DNA of 64,000 bases, taken from the NCBI GenBank assembly GCA_963845535.1, contig CAWJSK010000012.1, positions 448,001 to 512,000 of the forward strand, read 5' to 3'. The translations under genes were made by a program, and so were the position numbers. Below are positions 20,125 through 28,549 of this stretch, piece after piece. The DNA comes from an uncultured Spirochaetota bacterium. Its GTDB lineage: Bacteria; Spirochaetota; Spirochaetia; SZUA-6; Fen-1364. Every line of letters starts with the position of its first letter. Position 1 is the stretch's first letter. The notes under the pieces are model-generated. The model saw nothing but the letters and a program-made list of their open reading frames with translations, was not told the DNA's origin and ran no database searches.

Positions 20125-20988
20125 ATGATTGAATTGGAAGAGCTGCCTCTGCAAACCCCGCTTGCCAACGCGCTTCAGCGCCCGCCGCGCTCAGGGTACG
20201 TTGCCCTGGATTGGCTTGGGCAGGCCGGCTTCGCCATCCGAGGAAGCGGACGCCTTCTCATCATCGACCCGTACCTCTCTGATTCCCTTGCGGAAAAATA
20301 CCGTGGCAAGGAGTTGCCGCACGTTCGCATGATGCCGTCCCCGCTTGCCCCCGAGGCGGCGCAGGGAGTGGACGTGGTCTTCTGCACGCACAGGCACACG
20401 GACCACATGGATCCCGGCACGCTGCCGGCAATCGCGAAATCCAATCCCCGCTGCCTTTTCGTTGCCCCCCGCGCTGAGATGCGTCATGCAATTTCCGTCG
20501 GAGTGCCGGAGCTCCGGCTTCGGACCATGGACGCCGGCGAGACGCTGCGTCCGGTGGACGGCATCCAGGTGGACGCCATCCCGGCCGCGCATGAGGAGCT
20601 TGCGAAAAATGACAAGGGCGAGCTGCTTCACCTCGGGTACATAGTGACGGTGGGCGGCATCCGGCTCTACCACTCCGGCGACTGCGTCCCCTACGAAGGG
20701 CTGGAGGAGGCGCTGCGCGCAAGCGCAATCGACGTGGCGCTCCTGCCCGTCAACGGGCGAAGCAAGAGCCTGACCTCACGCGGCATCTTCGGCAACTTCC
20801 ACCTGGAGGAAGCCATCCAGCTCTGCGAGCATGCGGGGATCCAGGTCCTCTTCTGCCATCACTGGGGGCTGTTCGATTTCAACACCATCGACCCGCAGCA
20901 GGCTCTCGAAAAGATCCGCCGGCTCGCGGGTCCCGTGCGCTGCATTATGCCGCGCGTGGGTATGAGCTATCTCGTGAGGAAGACATGA
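20125..20988 (+). CDS. MBL-fold metallo-hydrolase (UlaG-like lactonase family)
   Basis: WLGQAGF, IDPYLSD, THRHTDHMD, YHSGD, LPVNGR and HHWGLF. Confidence 0.88.
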   Translation: MIELEELPLQTPLANALQRPPRSGYVALDWLGQAGFAIRGSGRLLIIDPYLSDSLAEKYRGKELPHVRMMPSPLAPEAAQGVDVVFCTHRHTDHMDPGTLPAIAKSNPRCLFVAPRAEMRHAISVGVPELRLRTMDAGETLRPVDGIQVDAIPAAHEELAKNDKGELLHLGYIVTVGGIRLYHSGDCVPYEGLEEALRASAIDVALLPVNGRSKSLTSRGIFGNFHLEEAIQLCEHAGIQVLFCHHWGLFDFNTIDPQQALEKIRRLAGPVRCIMPRVGMSYLVRKT

Positions 20989-21968
20989 GCGGAGAGCCAC
21001 TCCACGGACCGGCGGAAAGCCTCCTCCCGCGACACGATGGGTGAATAGCCCAGGTCGCGCCGCGCCTTCTCATCCACGAACGTGTGGTCCACGCACGTCT
21101 GGATCACGGCGAACCGGTTGAAGTTCGAATGGGGGGCAAAAACCTCCGCCGCCGCGGAAAGCGCGTACGCCAACGGATACGGAATGGACCGACGGGGGAC
21201 GGGCAGGCCCAGGGCCCGCAGGAAAGGCTCCATGAAGTCGAACAGGTTCTCCGCCGGGTAATGATCGCAAATGAAATAGCACTGCCCGCATGCCGCGGAG
21301 CCGTCGCGCAGGCGCTCGGCGGCAAGGACGTGGGCGTGTGCGACGTTCTCCGAGTAGGCGTGGCTGAACCGCGCAGTCCCGTTTCCCAATCGAAGGGATA
21401 CGCCGCTCTGCGCCATGCCGATGATGTTCCCGAGGTGGTACTTGTCATGCGGACCGTACATCCCCACGGGCCTGAGCACGCACGTACGGAGCCGAGGGCC
21501 ATTTGCCCCGAGCACCATCTTCTCAGAAACGATCTTCGACCTGCTGTATGCGTCCTTGGGGAGCTTCGACGGGTAGGGCAGCGACTCATCGCCATCGACA
21601 ATAGGCTTCCTGCCGTCCACGACGACATCCATCGAGCTGGTGTAGACGAGGCGCGGCACCCCCAGCTTCAGGCAGGCATCGATCACGACCCTGTTGCCCC
21701 CGACGTTGACCTGCTCATACAGGGCCCTTGGCGTGCGTACGTTCCACACGGCCGCCGCCGTCTGGATCACCACATCCATGCCTCGGCACGCCTGCTCGAC
21801 CGCGTGGGGGTCACGGATGTCACCGACAATCGTCTCACACGGGCCGGCGTCGGGCGCCTCCAGGTCGAGCACACGGACCGAGTGGCCCCGGCCCAGCAAC
21901 TGGCGAGCGATCTCACGCCCCAACATCCCCGCGCCGCCCATGACAACGTAGTTTTCCCGGCGGATCAT
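20967..21968 (-). CDS. 3-beta-hydroxysteroid dehydrogenase-like extended SDR
   Basis: GGAGMLG, LVYTSSMDVV, DESLPYP, YSRSK, LRPVGMYGP and ENVAHAH; start at ATG 21968 overlaps the upstream stop. Confidence 0.82.
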   Translation of the reverse strand: MIRRENYVVMGGAGMLGREIARQLLGRGHSVRVLDLEAPDAGPCETIVGDIRDPHAVEQACRGMDVVIQTAAAVWNVRTPRALYEQVNVGGNRVVIDACLKLGVPRLVYTSSMDVVVDGRKPIVDGDESLPYPSKLPKDAYSRSKIVSEKMVLGANGPRLRTCVLRPVGMYGPHDKYHLGNIIGMAQSGVSLRLGNGTARFSHAYSENVAHAHVLAAERLRDGSAACGQCYFICDHYPAENLFDFMEPFLRALGLPVPRRSIPYPLAYALSAAAEVFAPHSNFNRFAVIQTCVDHTFVDEKARRDLGYSPIVSREEAFRRSVEWLSAHVFLTR

Positions 21969-22228
21969 GCTGAATGCCTCACCGTGATGGCGGTCTTGGG
22001 ACAGAGCTGGACGCATTTCAAGCAGCCCGTGCACAAGGACTGCCACAGCGGCGTCACGCGCCACAGTTGCGGGTCGAACGGATCCGGTTGCCGCGCCCCT
22101 ACCGTCTCGTGAAGCAGGAATACGGCGGGCTCACAGACACGGAGGCACACGCAGCAGGAGCGCGGATCAACGCCGCGGCCATCCCCGCAGCGGGAATAGT
22201 CGATGCGGACTCGGGTCCTTCGGCGCAT
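21965..22228 (-). CDS. Small ferredoxin-like 4Fe-4S protein
   Basis: IDYSRC...CCVCLRVCEP and CTGCLKCVQLCP; start at ATG 22228. Confidence 0.75.
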   Translation of the reverse strand: MRRRTRVRIDYSRCGDGRGVDPRSCCVCLRVCEPAVFLLHETVGARQPDPFDPQLWRVTPLWQSLCTGCLKCVQLCPKTAITVRHSA

Positions 22229-22235
22229 GCTCGTG

Positions 22236-23105
22236 TCAGTACCTTCCGGCGAGGGCCGGGCGCTCGGCGCGGGGGACGAGGAACAACGCGTTCGTGTCGC
22301 ACGCGTGGCGGCAGACCCCGCAGCCGAAGCATTTCTCCGGGTTGATGCGGGGCCTGCCGGTGGCGCGGTCCGTCTCGATGGCCTTGAACGGGCAACGCCG
22401 GACGCACAGGAGGCACCCGCGGCAGAGGCTGTCATGGATCTCCGCGGCGTACTCCGCCTTGTGGATGGACATGATGCCGAAGTCCATCCGCGGGCGGATC
22501 CCCGCGCACTCGGGGCTTTTGCAGGAGCAGAGGTTGTTGATGTACGGGTAGGGGCCGTACCAGATGGTGCCGATGTAACCCTTCTGGTTATGCTCCGTGA
22601 ACCGACGCACGGCCTCGGCCCGGCTCAGGTGGTACTTCTCCTTGTCCGGAATGAATCGGGGCAGCTTGTCGATGATCTCCGACATGACGCCAAAGTTGAT
22701 GCAGCAGGATTCCTTTTCACCGCGCGTCATGTAGCGGCACATGCAGTTTTTTTCGATGATGGGCTCCGCCGCGCAGGTCTCCAGAATGGCCACCGCGTCT
22801 TCCAGGGGGACCACCTGCCCGATGTGGCCTTCCGGGCGAAACGGGTTTCGAGGCGGCCGCTTGCTGTGGAGCAGCCGTTCAGCGGAACGCCGGATGACCC
22901 TGCCGATGATGGGCATATTGAAGAGGTGGTCGTGGCCCACAGGGCTGAAACCTGCCACCTTTCGGACCGAGATCTGCTCGAAGTTCGTGTACTGCTCCAG
23001 CAGGAACTCGCGCAGGTTGTACTTGGAGGCGACCTGTTCAGAGTAGGCCTGCGCGTTGAGATACCATTTCCCGCCCGCGCCGTGTTTCATGCAGTGATCG
23101 CACAT
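22236..23105 (-). CDS. Fe-S protein with N-terminal CxxC and C-terminal 2x[4Fe-4S] domain
   Basis: MCDHCMKHG, CMCR, CCINFG, LCSCKSPEC, CRGCLLCVRRCP and CFGCGVCRHAC. Confidence 0.85.
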   Translation of the reverse strand: MCDHCMKHGAGGKWYLNAQAYSEQVASKYNLREFLLEQYTNFEQISVRKVAGFSPVGHDHLFNMPIIGRVIRRSAERLLHSKRPPRNPFRPEGHIGQVVPLEDAVAILETCAAEPIIEKNCMCRYMTRGEKESCCINFGVMSEIIDKLPRFIPDKEKYHLSRAEAVRRFTEHNQKGYIGTIWYGPYPYINNLCSCKSPECAGIRPRMDFGIMSIHKAEYAAEIHDSLCRGCLLCVRRCPFKAIETDRATGRPRINPEKCFGCGVCRHACDTNALFLVPRAERPALAGRY

Positions 23106-23134
23106 TTGCTCAAGCTCCTGGAAGGACGATTACG

Positions 23135-23198
23135 GCATAGGGCGTCTTTAGCATAGGGTCCCTATGCCTACTATGGAAGAACTCAATGCCCCTGTCAA
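23135..23198 (-). promoter_or_regulatory. Sigma70-like promoter of the Fe-S / 3-beta-HSD operon with a palindromic operator
   Basis: Minus strand TTGACA (23193-23198), 17 nt spacer, CATAGT (23170-23175); perfect palindrome GCATAGGG-T-CCCTATGC (23151-23167) plus an extra half-site GCATAGGG (23135-23142). Confidence 0.55.
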
Positions 23199-23340
23199 CG
23201 GACACGCTACGCGGATTGCGGCGCCTCACCGCGGCGGTTGACAGGCGCATCACCGCGGCGGCGGCGGGTGCAGGCGCACCTGTCGAAAACGTAAATTTCC
23301 CAAGTTGAGACTTTTGATAATTGCGAATTTGATAGGTGCA

Positions 23341-23456
23341 GGCGATGGCGGCTGGGGCGATGGCGGCTGGGGCGATGGCAGCCGGGGCGATGGCGGCTGG
23401 GGCGATGGCAGCCGGGGCGATGGCGGCTGGGGCGATGGCAGCCGGGGCGATGGCAG
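23341..23456. repeat. Intergenic 15-bp tandem repeat, 7 full units plus 11 nt
   Basis: Unit GGCGATGGCRGCYGG; variants A=GGCGATGGCGGCTGG and B=GGCGATGGCAGCCGG in the order A,A,B,A,B,A,B,partial. Confidence 0.97.
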
Positions 23457-23511
23457 TATAGACAGCGCGCCAGGTGACGGCGCGCCGTGTGGCGGCACCC
23501 TGAGACCAGTC

Positions 23512-23580
23512 TTGACGATTTGTTTCGATATCGGTAGAAATGATTTCAAAAGCATCGAACCTTTTCTGATCCAAGAGGAA
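23512..23580 (+). promoter_or_regulatory. Promoter/operator and RBS of the ArsR-DUF2087 operon
   Basis: TTGACG (23512-23517), 17 nt spacer, TAGAAA(T); inverted half-sites TTCGAT (23524-23529) and ATCGAA (23554-23559); AAGAGGA RBS. Confidence 0.5.
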
Positions 23581-23584
23581 CGCC

Positions 23585-24169
23585 ATGACAACCGAAACGC
23601 CCACAACAGAGCTCCTGGGCTTTTTCCGCGCTCTTGCCGACACGAATCGGCTGAAAATAGTGGGTTTGCTGTCCCAGCAGTCCTACACGGTGGAGCAGCT
23701 CTCCGCTCTCCTGGAGTTGGGGGAATCCACCGTATCTCACCATCTTTCCCGGCTGGCAGATGCAAAGCTCGTGAGCGCGAGGGCGGAAGGTCACTACAGC
23801 GTTTATTCCCTGGAGCCGGACACGCTCCGGGAGATGGCCCGGCGCCTGCTGCGCACGGACCAGCTCCCGGAGCTGGCGGTTGACGTGGACAAGGGGTCAT
23901 TTGACCGCAAAGTCCTGGCCAGCTTTACGGGTCCGGACGGGCGGTTCACCGCATTCCCTTCGCAGCAGAAGAAGTTCCTTGTGCTCCTGCGCCACGCCGG
24001 CGCGGCGTTCAGCGCGGGAGTCCGCTACCCGGAGGCGGACGTGAATGAGATCCTTCTCAGATTCAGTGATGACACGGCCACCCTCAGACGCAGCCTGGTG
24101 GAGTTCGGGCTCATGGAGCGTGAAGGCGGCGGCGGCGCGTACTGGCTGTCGGAGGATGAGGGCCGGTGA
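23585..24169 (+). CDS. ArsR/SmtB HTH regulator with C-terminal DUF2087
   Basis: FFRALADTNRLKIVGLL, STVSHHLSRL; C-terminal FPSQQKK...YPEADVNEIL...DTATLRRSLV...GGAYW. Confidence 0.88.
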   Translation: MTTETPTTELLGFFRALADTNRLKIVGLLSQQSYTVEQLSALLELGESTVSHHLSRLADAKLVSARAEGHYSVYSLEPDTLREMARRLLRTDQLPELAVDVDKGSFDRKVLASFTGPDGRFTAFPSQQKKFLVLLRHAGAAFSAGVRYPEADVNEILLRFSDDTATLRRSLVEFGLMEREGGGGAYWLSEDEGR

Positions 24170-27100
24170 GCACGACGCCTGAGTCTCTTCACGCCGGCAT
24201 CGACATCGGTTCGACGACCGTAAAACTGGCGGTGCTGGACCGCGCGGACACCCTCATCTTCAGCACCTACGAGCGTCATCACTCCGACGTCCAGGGATCA
24301 CTCATTGCCATCATCGAGGCGGCGCATGAGGCCCTGTGCGACGCCGGCGCCGCTCCCGACCTGACGGTGAGCATAACCGGCTCCGGAGGGCTTTCCCTCT
24401 CCCGGTGGCTGGAGATTCCCTTTGTCCAGGAGGTAATTGCGGGCTCGCGCGCCGTGTCGAGGTTCTTGCCTGACGCGGATGTCGCCATTGAGCTGGGCGG
24501 AGAGGACGCGAAGATCACGTATTTCACCGGCGGCCTCGAACAGCGCATGAACGGGACGTGCGCCGGCGGCACGGGGGCGTTCATCGACCAGATGGCGACC
24601 CTTCTCCAGACTGACGCTGCGGGGCTCAACGCGCTGGCGAGCAACCACACCACCATCTATCCCATTGCGGCCCGGTGCGGAGTGTTCGCAAAATCCGACG
24701 TTCAGCCCCTGATCAACGAGGGAGCGCGGCGTGAGGACATTGCGGCAAGCGTGCTCCAGGCGGTCGTCAACCAGACCATTTCAGGGCTTGCCTGCGGAAA
24801 GCCCATCCGCGGGACCGTGGCATTCCTCGGAGGTCCGCTGCATTTCCTCCCTGAGACGCGCAAGCTCTTCGTGAAGACGCTCGGCCTGGCGCCAGAGGAA
24901 GTCCGGACACCGGCGCGCGCCGAGCTGTTCGTGGCAATGGGTGCCGCTCTTGCCTCTCGGGGGGAGCGGGCCCTTTCCCTCACGGAGCTGCGTGAAAGAG
25001 TGCGCGGCCTTTGCCGGGCGCGGGACGCCGAAGTGGAGCGCATGCGGCCGCTGTTCCGTGATGCCTCGGAGCTTGCCGCGTTCCATGATCGCCATGACAA
25101 GGCCAGGGCCCGGCGGGCCGATATCGCGCACACCCGCGGCCCGCTTTTTCTCGGCCTGGACGCGGGATCCACAACGACAAAGGCGGTCCTCATCGACGAA
25201 AGCGCCGCCATCGCCTGGTCCGCGTACAGAGGCAACGGCGGTGATCCGCTGGGCGTGGCGACCAGTATGATCAAAGAGGCGCTTTCCCTCATTCCCGCGA
25301 AAGCCTGGGTCTCGCGGGCCTGCTCGACCGGGTACGGAGAGGCGCTCGTCAAGGAGGCTTTCCGCTTGGATGAAGGGGAGGTGGAGACCGTTGCCCACCA
25401 CGCGGCCGCTTCGGAGTTCCTTCCGGGAGTGCAGTCCATCCTGGACATCGGCGGACAGGACATGAAGTTCCTCCGCATCAGTGAAGGGGCCATTTCCACC
25501 ATCCTCTTGAACGAAGCGTGCTCGTCGGGATGCGGCTCCTTCCTGGAGACTTTTGCCCAGTCCTTGGAAATGCCCGTGGAGCGCTTCGGCGCGGAAGCGC
25601 TTCAGTCAAGCGCGCCGGTGGACCTTGGATCACGCTGCACGGTTTTCATGAACTCCCGCGTGAAGCAGGCACAGAAGGAAGGAGCGGGGGTCGGGGACAT
25701 TTCCGCCGGGCTTTCCTACTCCGTGATCCGCAATGCGCTTCAGAAGGTGATCCGCTTGAAGAGCCCTGAGGAGCTCGGAGAGCGGGTCATTGTGCAGGGG
25801 GGCACTTTCCTGAACGACGCCGTTCTGCGCGCCTTCGAGCTGGTGGCAGGCCGCGAGGCAGTGCGCCCCGACGTGGCGGGGCTTATGGGCGCCTACGGAG
25901 CGGCGCTCCTGGCCAGGGGGAATGCGGCGCCGGGGGCGCGAAGCAGGATGCTCGGGCTGGAGGAGCTGCGTAAGCTCGCCACGACCGTCTCCCTGGAGCG
26001 GTGCCGGGGATGCCAGAACCGCTGCATGCTGACAATCACGCGATTCTCCGACTCCCGCTGCTTCGTCTCCGGGAATCGATGCGAGCGGGGCGCCCGCGCA
26101 GTCGGCGGGGCACGCGCGCCCGGCGCCGCCCGCACGCGGGACGGAGCGAACCTACCCGAAGGGGAGAGACCGGCGCCGGTGCCCAACCTGTACGCGTGGA
26201 AATACGCCCGGGTCTTCCGTTATCAACCCCTGGACCCGAACCACGCGCCCCGAGGAGTCGTCGGAATCCCCCGTGTGTTGAACATGTTTGAGGATTACCC
26301 ATTCTGGTTCACCTTCTTCACGCGCCTGGGATTCTCCGTCCGCCTTTCTCCGCGCACCAGCAGGTCCGTCTATGAAGCCGGCATGGAGACCATTCCGTCG
26401 GAGACCGTCTGCTACCCGGGGAAGCTCGTGCACGGACATATTGTCCGTCTTGTGCGGGATGGAGTTCCTTTCATCTTCTATCCATGCCTGCCCTACAGCC
26501 CCAAGGAAGACAAGGAAGCTTCCAACCACTTCAATTGCCCCATCGTGACCTCCTACCCTGAGGTCATTCTCAACAACGTCGAAGGCTTGAGGGACGGGAC
26601 GCCGGGCCACGTTGCCGCGGTCCGCTACTCCAATCCGTTCCTTCCGCTCCACCACCCCGCGGGCCTCAAGAAGAGACTGGCCGAGGAGCTGGCCTGGGCG
26701 GGTGTGGGACAGGCTGAAACGGACCAAGCCGTGGAGGCTGGGCTCGCGGAGCAGGCGGCGTTCAAGGCCGAGGTCAGGGCGCAGGGGGAACGGGCGCTGG
26801 AGGAGATCGAAGCGCGCGGCATCCGCGGCGTGGTCCTGGCCGGCCGCCCGTACCACATGGACCCTGAGATCAACCACGGGGTCCCCGAGCTGATCGTCTC
26901 CCTCGGGATGGCCGTCCTGACGGAGGACTCGATCTCCCACCGGGGAAAAATCCAGAGGCCGCTGCGCGTGATCGACCAGTGGGTCTACCACACGCGCCTC
27001 TACGCAGCCGCTTCGTTTGCCGCCACCCGCAAGGACCTGGCCCTCGTCCAGCTCACCTCCTTCGGATGCGGCCTTGACGCCGTGGCCACCGACCAGGTGC

Positions 27101-28485
27101 AGGAAATCCTGTCCGCGCGCGGAAGGACCTACACGCTTTTGAAGATCGACGAGCAGTCGAATCTTGGCGCTGCGCGCATTCGGCTGCGCTCCCTCAAGGC
27201 GGCGCTCGACGCGCGGGCGGCAGGTGGACGGGAGGGCGCCGGGACCGGACGCGAAGAACGGCCTAGGGCGGTCTTCACCGCGGATATGCGGAAGACGCAC
27301 ACCATCCTGGCCCCGCAGATGTCGCCAATCCATTTCCGCGTCCTGGAGAGCGCGTTTCGGTTCTCCGGCTACAACCTCGAGATACTGCCCGAGGTGGACC
27401 GCCAGGCCATTGACGTGGGGCTCACGTACGTGAACAACGATGCCTGCTACCCCTCCGTGCTCGTCGTGGGCCAGATGATGGCGGCGCTTCGCTCGGGCCG
27501 ATATGACCTGTCGCGGACCGCGCTGCTCATCTCCCAGACCGGGGGCGGATGCCGGGCCACCAACTACATCGCCTTTATTCGCAAGGCCCTGGCTGATGCC
27601 GGCCTGGATCACGTCCCCGTGATTTCCGTGAACGCGCTTGGACTGGAGAAGAATCCCGGCTTTCGGCTTTCGGTGCCGCTTCTCGCGCGGGCGCTCATGG
27701 CGCTGGTGTACGGGGACCTTCTCATGCGGATGCTCTATCGCGTCAGGCCGTACGAGATCGAACCGGGGGCCGCAGACACTTTGTGCGCGCGCTGGAGCGC
27801 CGCGTGCCGCGCGAGCCTGAAGCGGCCCCGCGTTCGCGCGTTCCACAGGACCATCGCAGAGATGGTGAAGGCGTTCGACTCCCTTCCCATACGGGAAGAG
27901 AAAAAGCCCCGGGTCGGAGTTGTCGGAGAGATCCTGGTCAAGTTTCATCCCACGGCGAACAATGAGATCATTCGAGTGATCGAGTCCGAGGGGGCGGAAG
28001 CGGTGGTCCCTGACCTCATCGACTTCCTCCTCTACTCCTCTTCGGGGAGCCTCTTCCGACGGAAGAAGCTCGCCGGAAAGCGGCGTGCCGCCGTTCTGTC
28101 CCGTCTGGCAATCGGTCTGATCGAGCTCTTCCGGGCGCGCATGAAAAGGGAGCTTCGGAGATCAGAACGATTCAGCCCGCCCCAGGCCTTCAAGAAGCTG
28201 GCGCGCGGTGTTGACGGGATTGTGCAACTCGGGAACGTTACGGGAGAAGGCTGGTTCCTTACCGCGGAGATGGTGGAGCTGATCGAAAGCGGCGTGAAAG
28301 CCATTGCCTGCATCCAGCCGTTCGCCTGCCTCCCCAACCACGTGACCGGCAAGGGAATGATCCGCGAGCTTCGCCGGCGTCACCCGGAAGTGACCATCGC
28401 CGCCATCGACTACGATCCGGGAGCCAGTGAAGTGAACCAGCTCAATCGGCTGAAGTTGATGCTCGCTTCCGCAATAAACCCATGA
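24166..28485 (+). CDS. plsA: Fused two-activase + two reductase/dehydratase-domain protein (PlsA/Ger-like plasmalogen or ether-lipid synthase; BCR/HAD family)
   Basis: Two ASKHA activase domains (GIDIGSTTVK..CAGGTG..RCGVF; GLDAGSTTTK..ACSSGCG..RCTVF), Cys linker CRGCQNRC..GNRCE, DUF2229 (GIPRVLNMFEDYPFW, TVCYP, SFGCGLD) and C-terminal domain (NNDACYP, GGCRATNY, QPFACLPNH); 1439 aa. Confidence 0.72.
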   Translation: MSTTPESLHAGIDIGSTTVKLAVLDRADTLIFSTYERHHSDVQGSLIAIIEAAHEALCDAGAAPDLTVSITGSGGLSLSRWLEIPFVQEVIAGSRAVSRFLPDADVAIELGGEDAKITYFTGGLEQRMNGTCAGGTGAFIDQMATLLQTDAAGLNALASNHTTIYPIAARCGVFAKSDVQPLINEGARREDIAASVLQAVVNQTISGLACGKPIRGTVAFLGGPLHFLPETRKLFVKTLGLAPEEVRTPARAELFVAMGAALASRGERALSLTELRERVRGLCRARDAEVERMRPLFRDASELAAFHDRHDKARARRADIAHTRGPLFLGLDAGSTTTKAVLIDESAAIAWSAYRGNGGDPLGVATSMIKEALSLIPAKAWVSRACSTGYGEALVKEAFRLDEGEVETVAHHAAASEFLPGVQSILDIGGQDMKFLRISEGAISTILLNEACSSGCGSFLETFAQSLEMPVERFGAEALQSSAPVDLGSRCTVFMNSRVKQAQKEGAGVGDISAGLSYSVIRNALQKVIRLKSPEELGERVIVQGGTFLNDAVLRAFELVAGREAVRPDVAGLMGAYGAALLARGNAAPGARSRMLGLEELRKLATTVSLERCRGCQNRCMLTITRFSDSRCFVSGNRCERGARAVGGARAPGAARTRDGANLPEGERPAPVPNLYAWKYARVFRYQPLDPNHAPRGVVGIPRVLNMFEDYPFWFTFFTRLGFSVRLSPRTSRSVYEAGMETIPSETVCYPGKLVHGHIVRLVRDGVPFIFYPCLPYSPKEDKEASNHFNCPIVTSYPEVILNNVEGLRDGTPGHVAAVRYSNPFLPLHHPAGLKKRLAEELAWAGVGQAETDQAVEAGLAEQAAFKAEVRAQGERALEEIEARGIRGVVLAGRPYHMDPEINHGVPELIVSLGMAVLTEDSISHRGKIQRPLRVIDQWVYHTRLYAAASFAATRKDLALVQLTSFGCGLDAVATDQVQEILSARGRTYTLLKIDEQSNLGAARIRLRSLKAALDARAAGGREGAGTGREERPRAVFTADMRKTHTILAPQMSPIHFRVLESAFRFSGYNLEILPEVDRQAIDVGLTYVNNDACYPSVLVVGQMMAALRSGRYDLSRTALLISQTGGGCRATNYIAFIRKALADAGLDHVPVISVNALGLEKNPGFRLSVPLLARALMALVYGDLLMRMLYRVRPYEIEPGAADTLCARWSAACRASLKRPRVRAFHRTIAEMVKAFDSLPIREEKKPRVGVVGEILVKFHPTANNEIIRVIESEGAEAVVPDLIDFLLYSSSGSLFRRKKLAGKRRAAVLSRLAIGLIELFRARMKRELRRSERFSPPQAFKKLARGVDGIVQLGNVTGEGWFLTAEMVELIESGVKAIACIQPFACLPNHVTGKGMIRELRRRHPEVTIAAIDYDPGASEVNQLNRLKLMLASAINP

Positions 28486-28549
28486 ACGTTGTCGAAGACG
28501 CCCGGGAAAAGTACCTTCTAAAAGTGGATTTTCGACCGAGGAGATACGA

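Noticed and set aside
23191..23245. Inverted repeat CCTGTCAAC...GTTGACAGG as a riboswitch or MITE
   Set aside because: Only 9-bp arms and no recognisable aptamer or target-site duplication; the left arm is better explained as the -35 of the Fe-S operon.
23341..23456. Tandem array as a CRISPR array
   Set aside because: The 15-bp units are contiguous with no unique spacers, and there are no cas genes.
23305..23883. GDGGW-repeat ORF as a RiPP precursor or real protein
   Set aside because: TTG start without an RBS, runs out of frame through the ArsR promoter and gene, and no maturation enzymes are adjacent.
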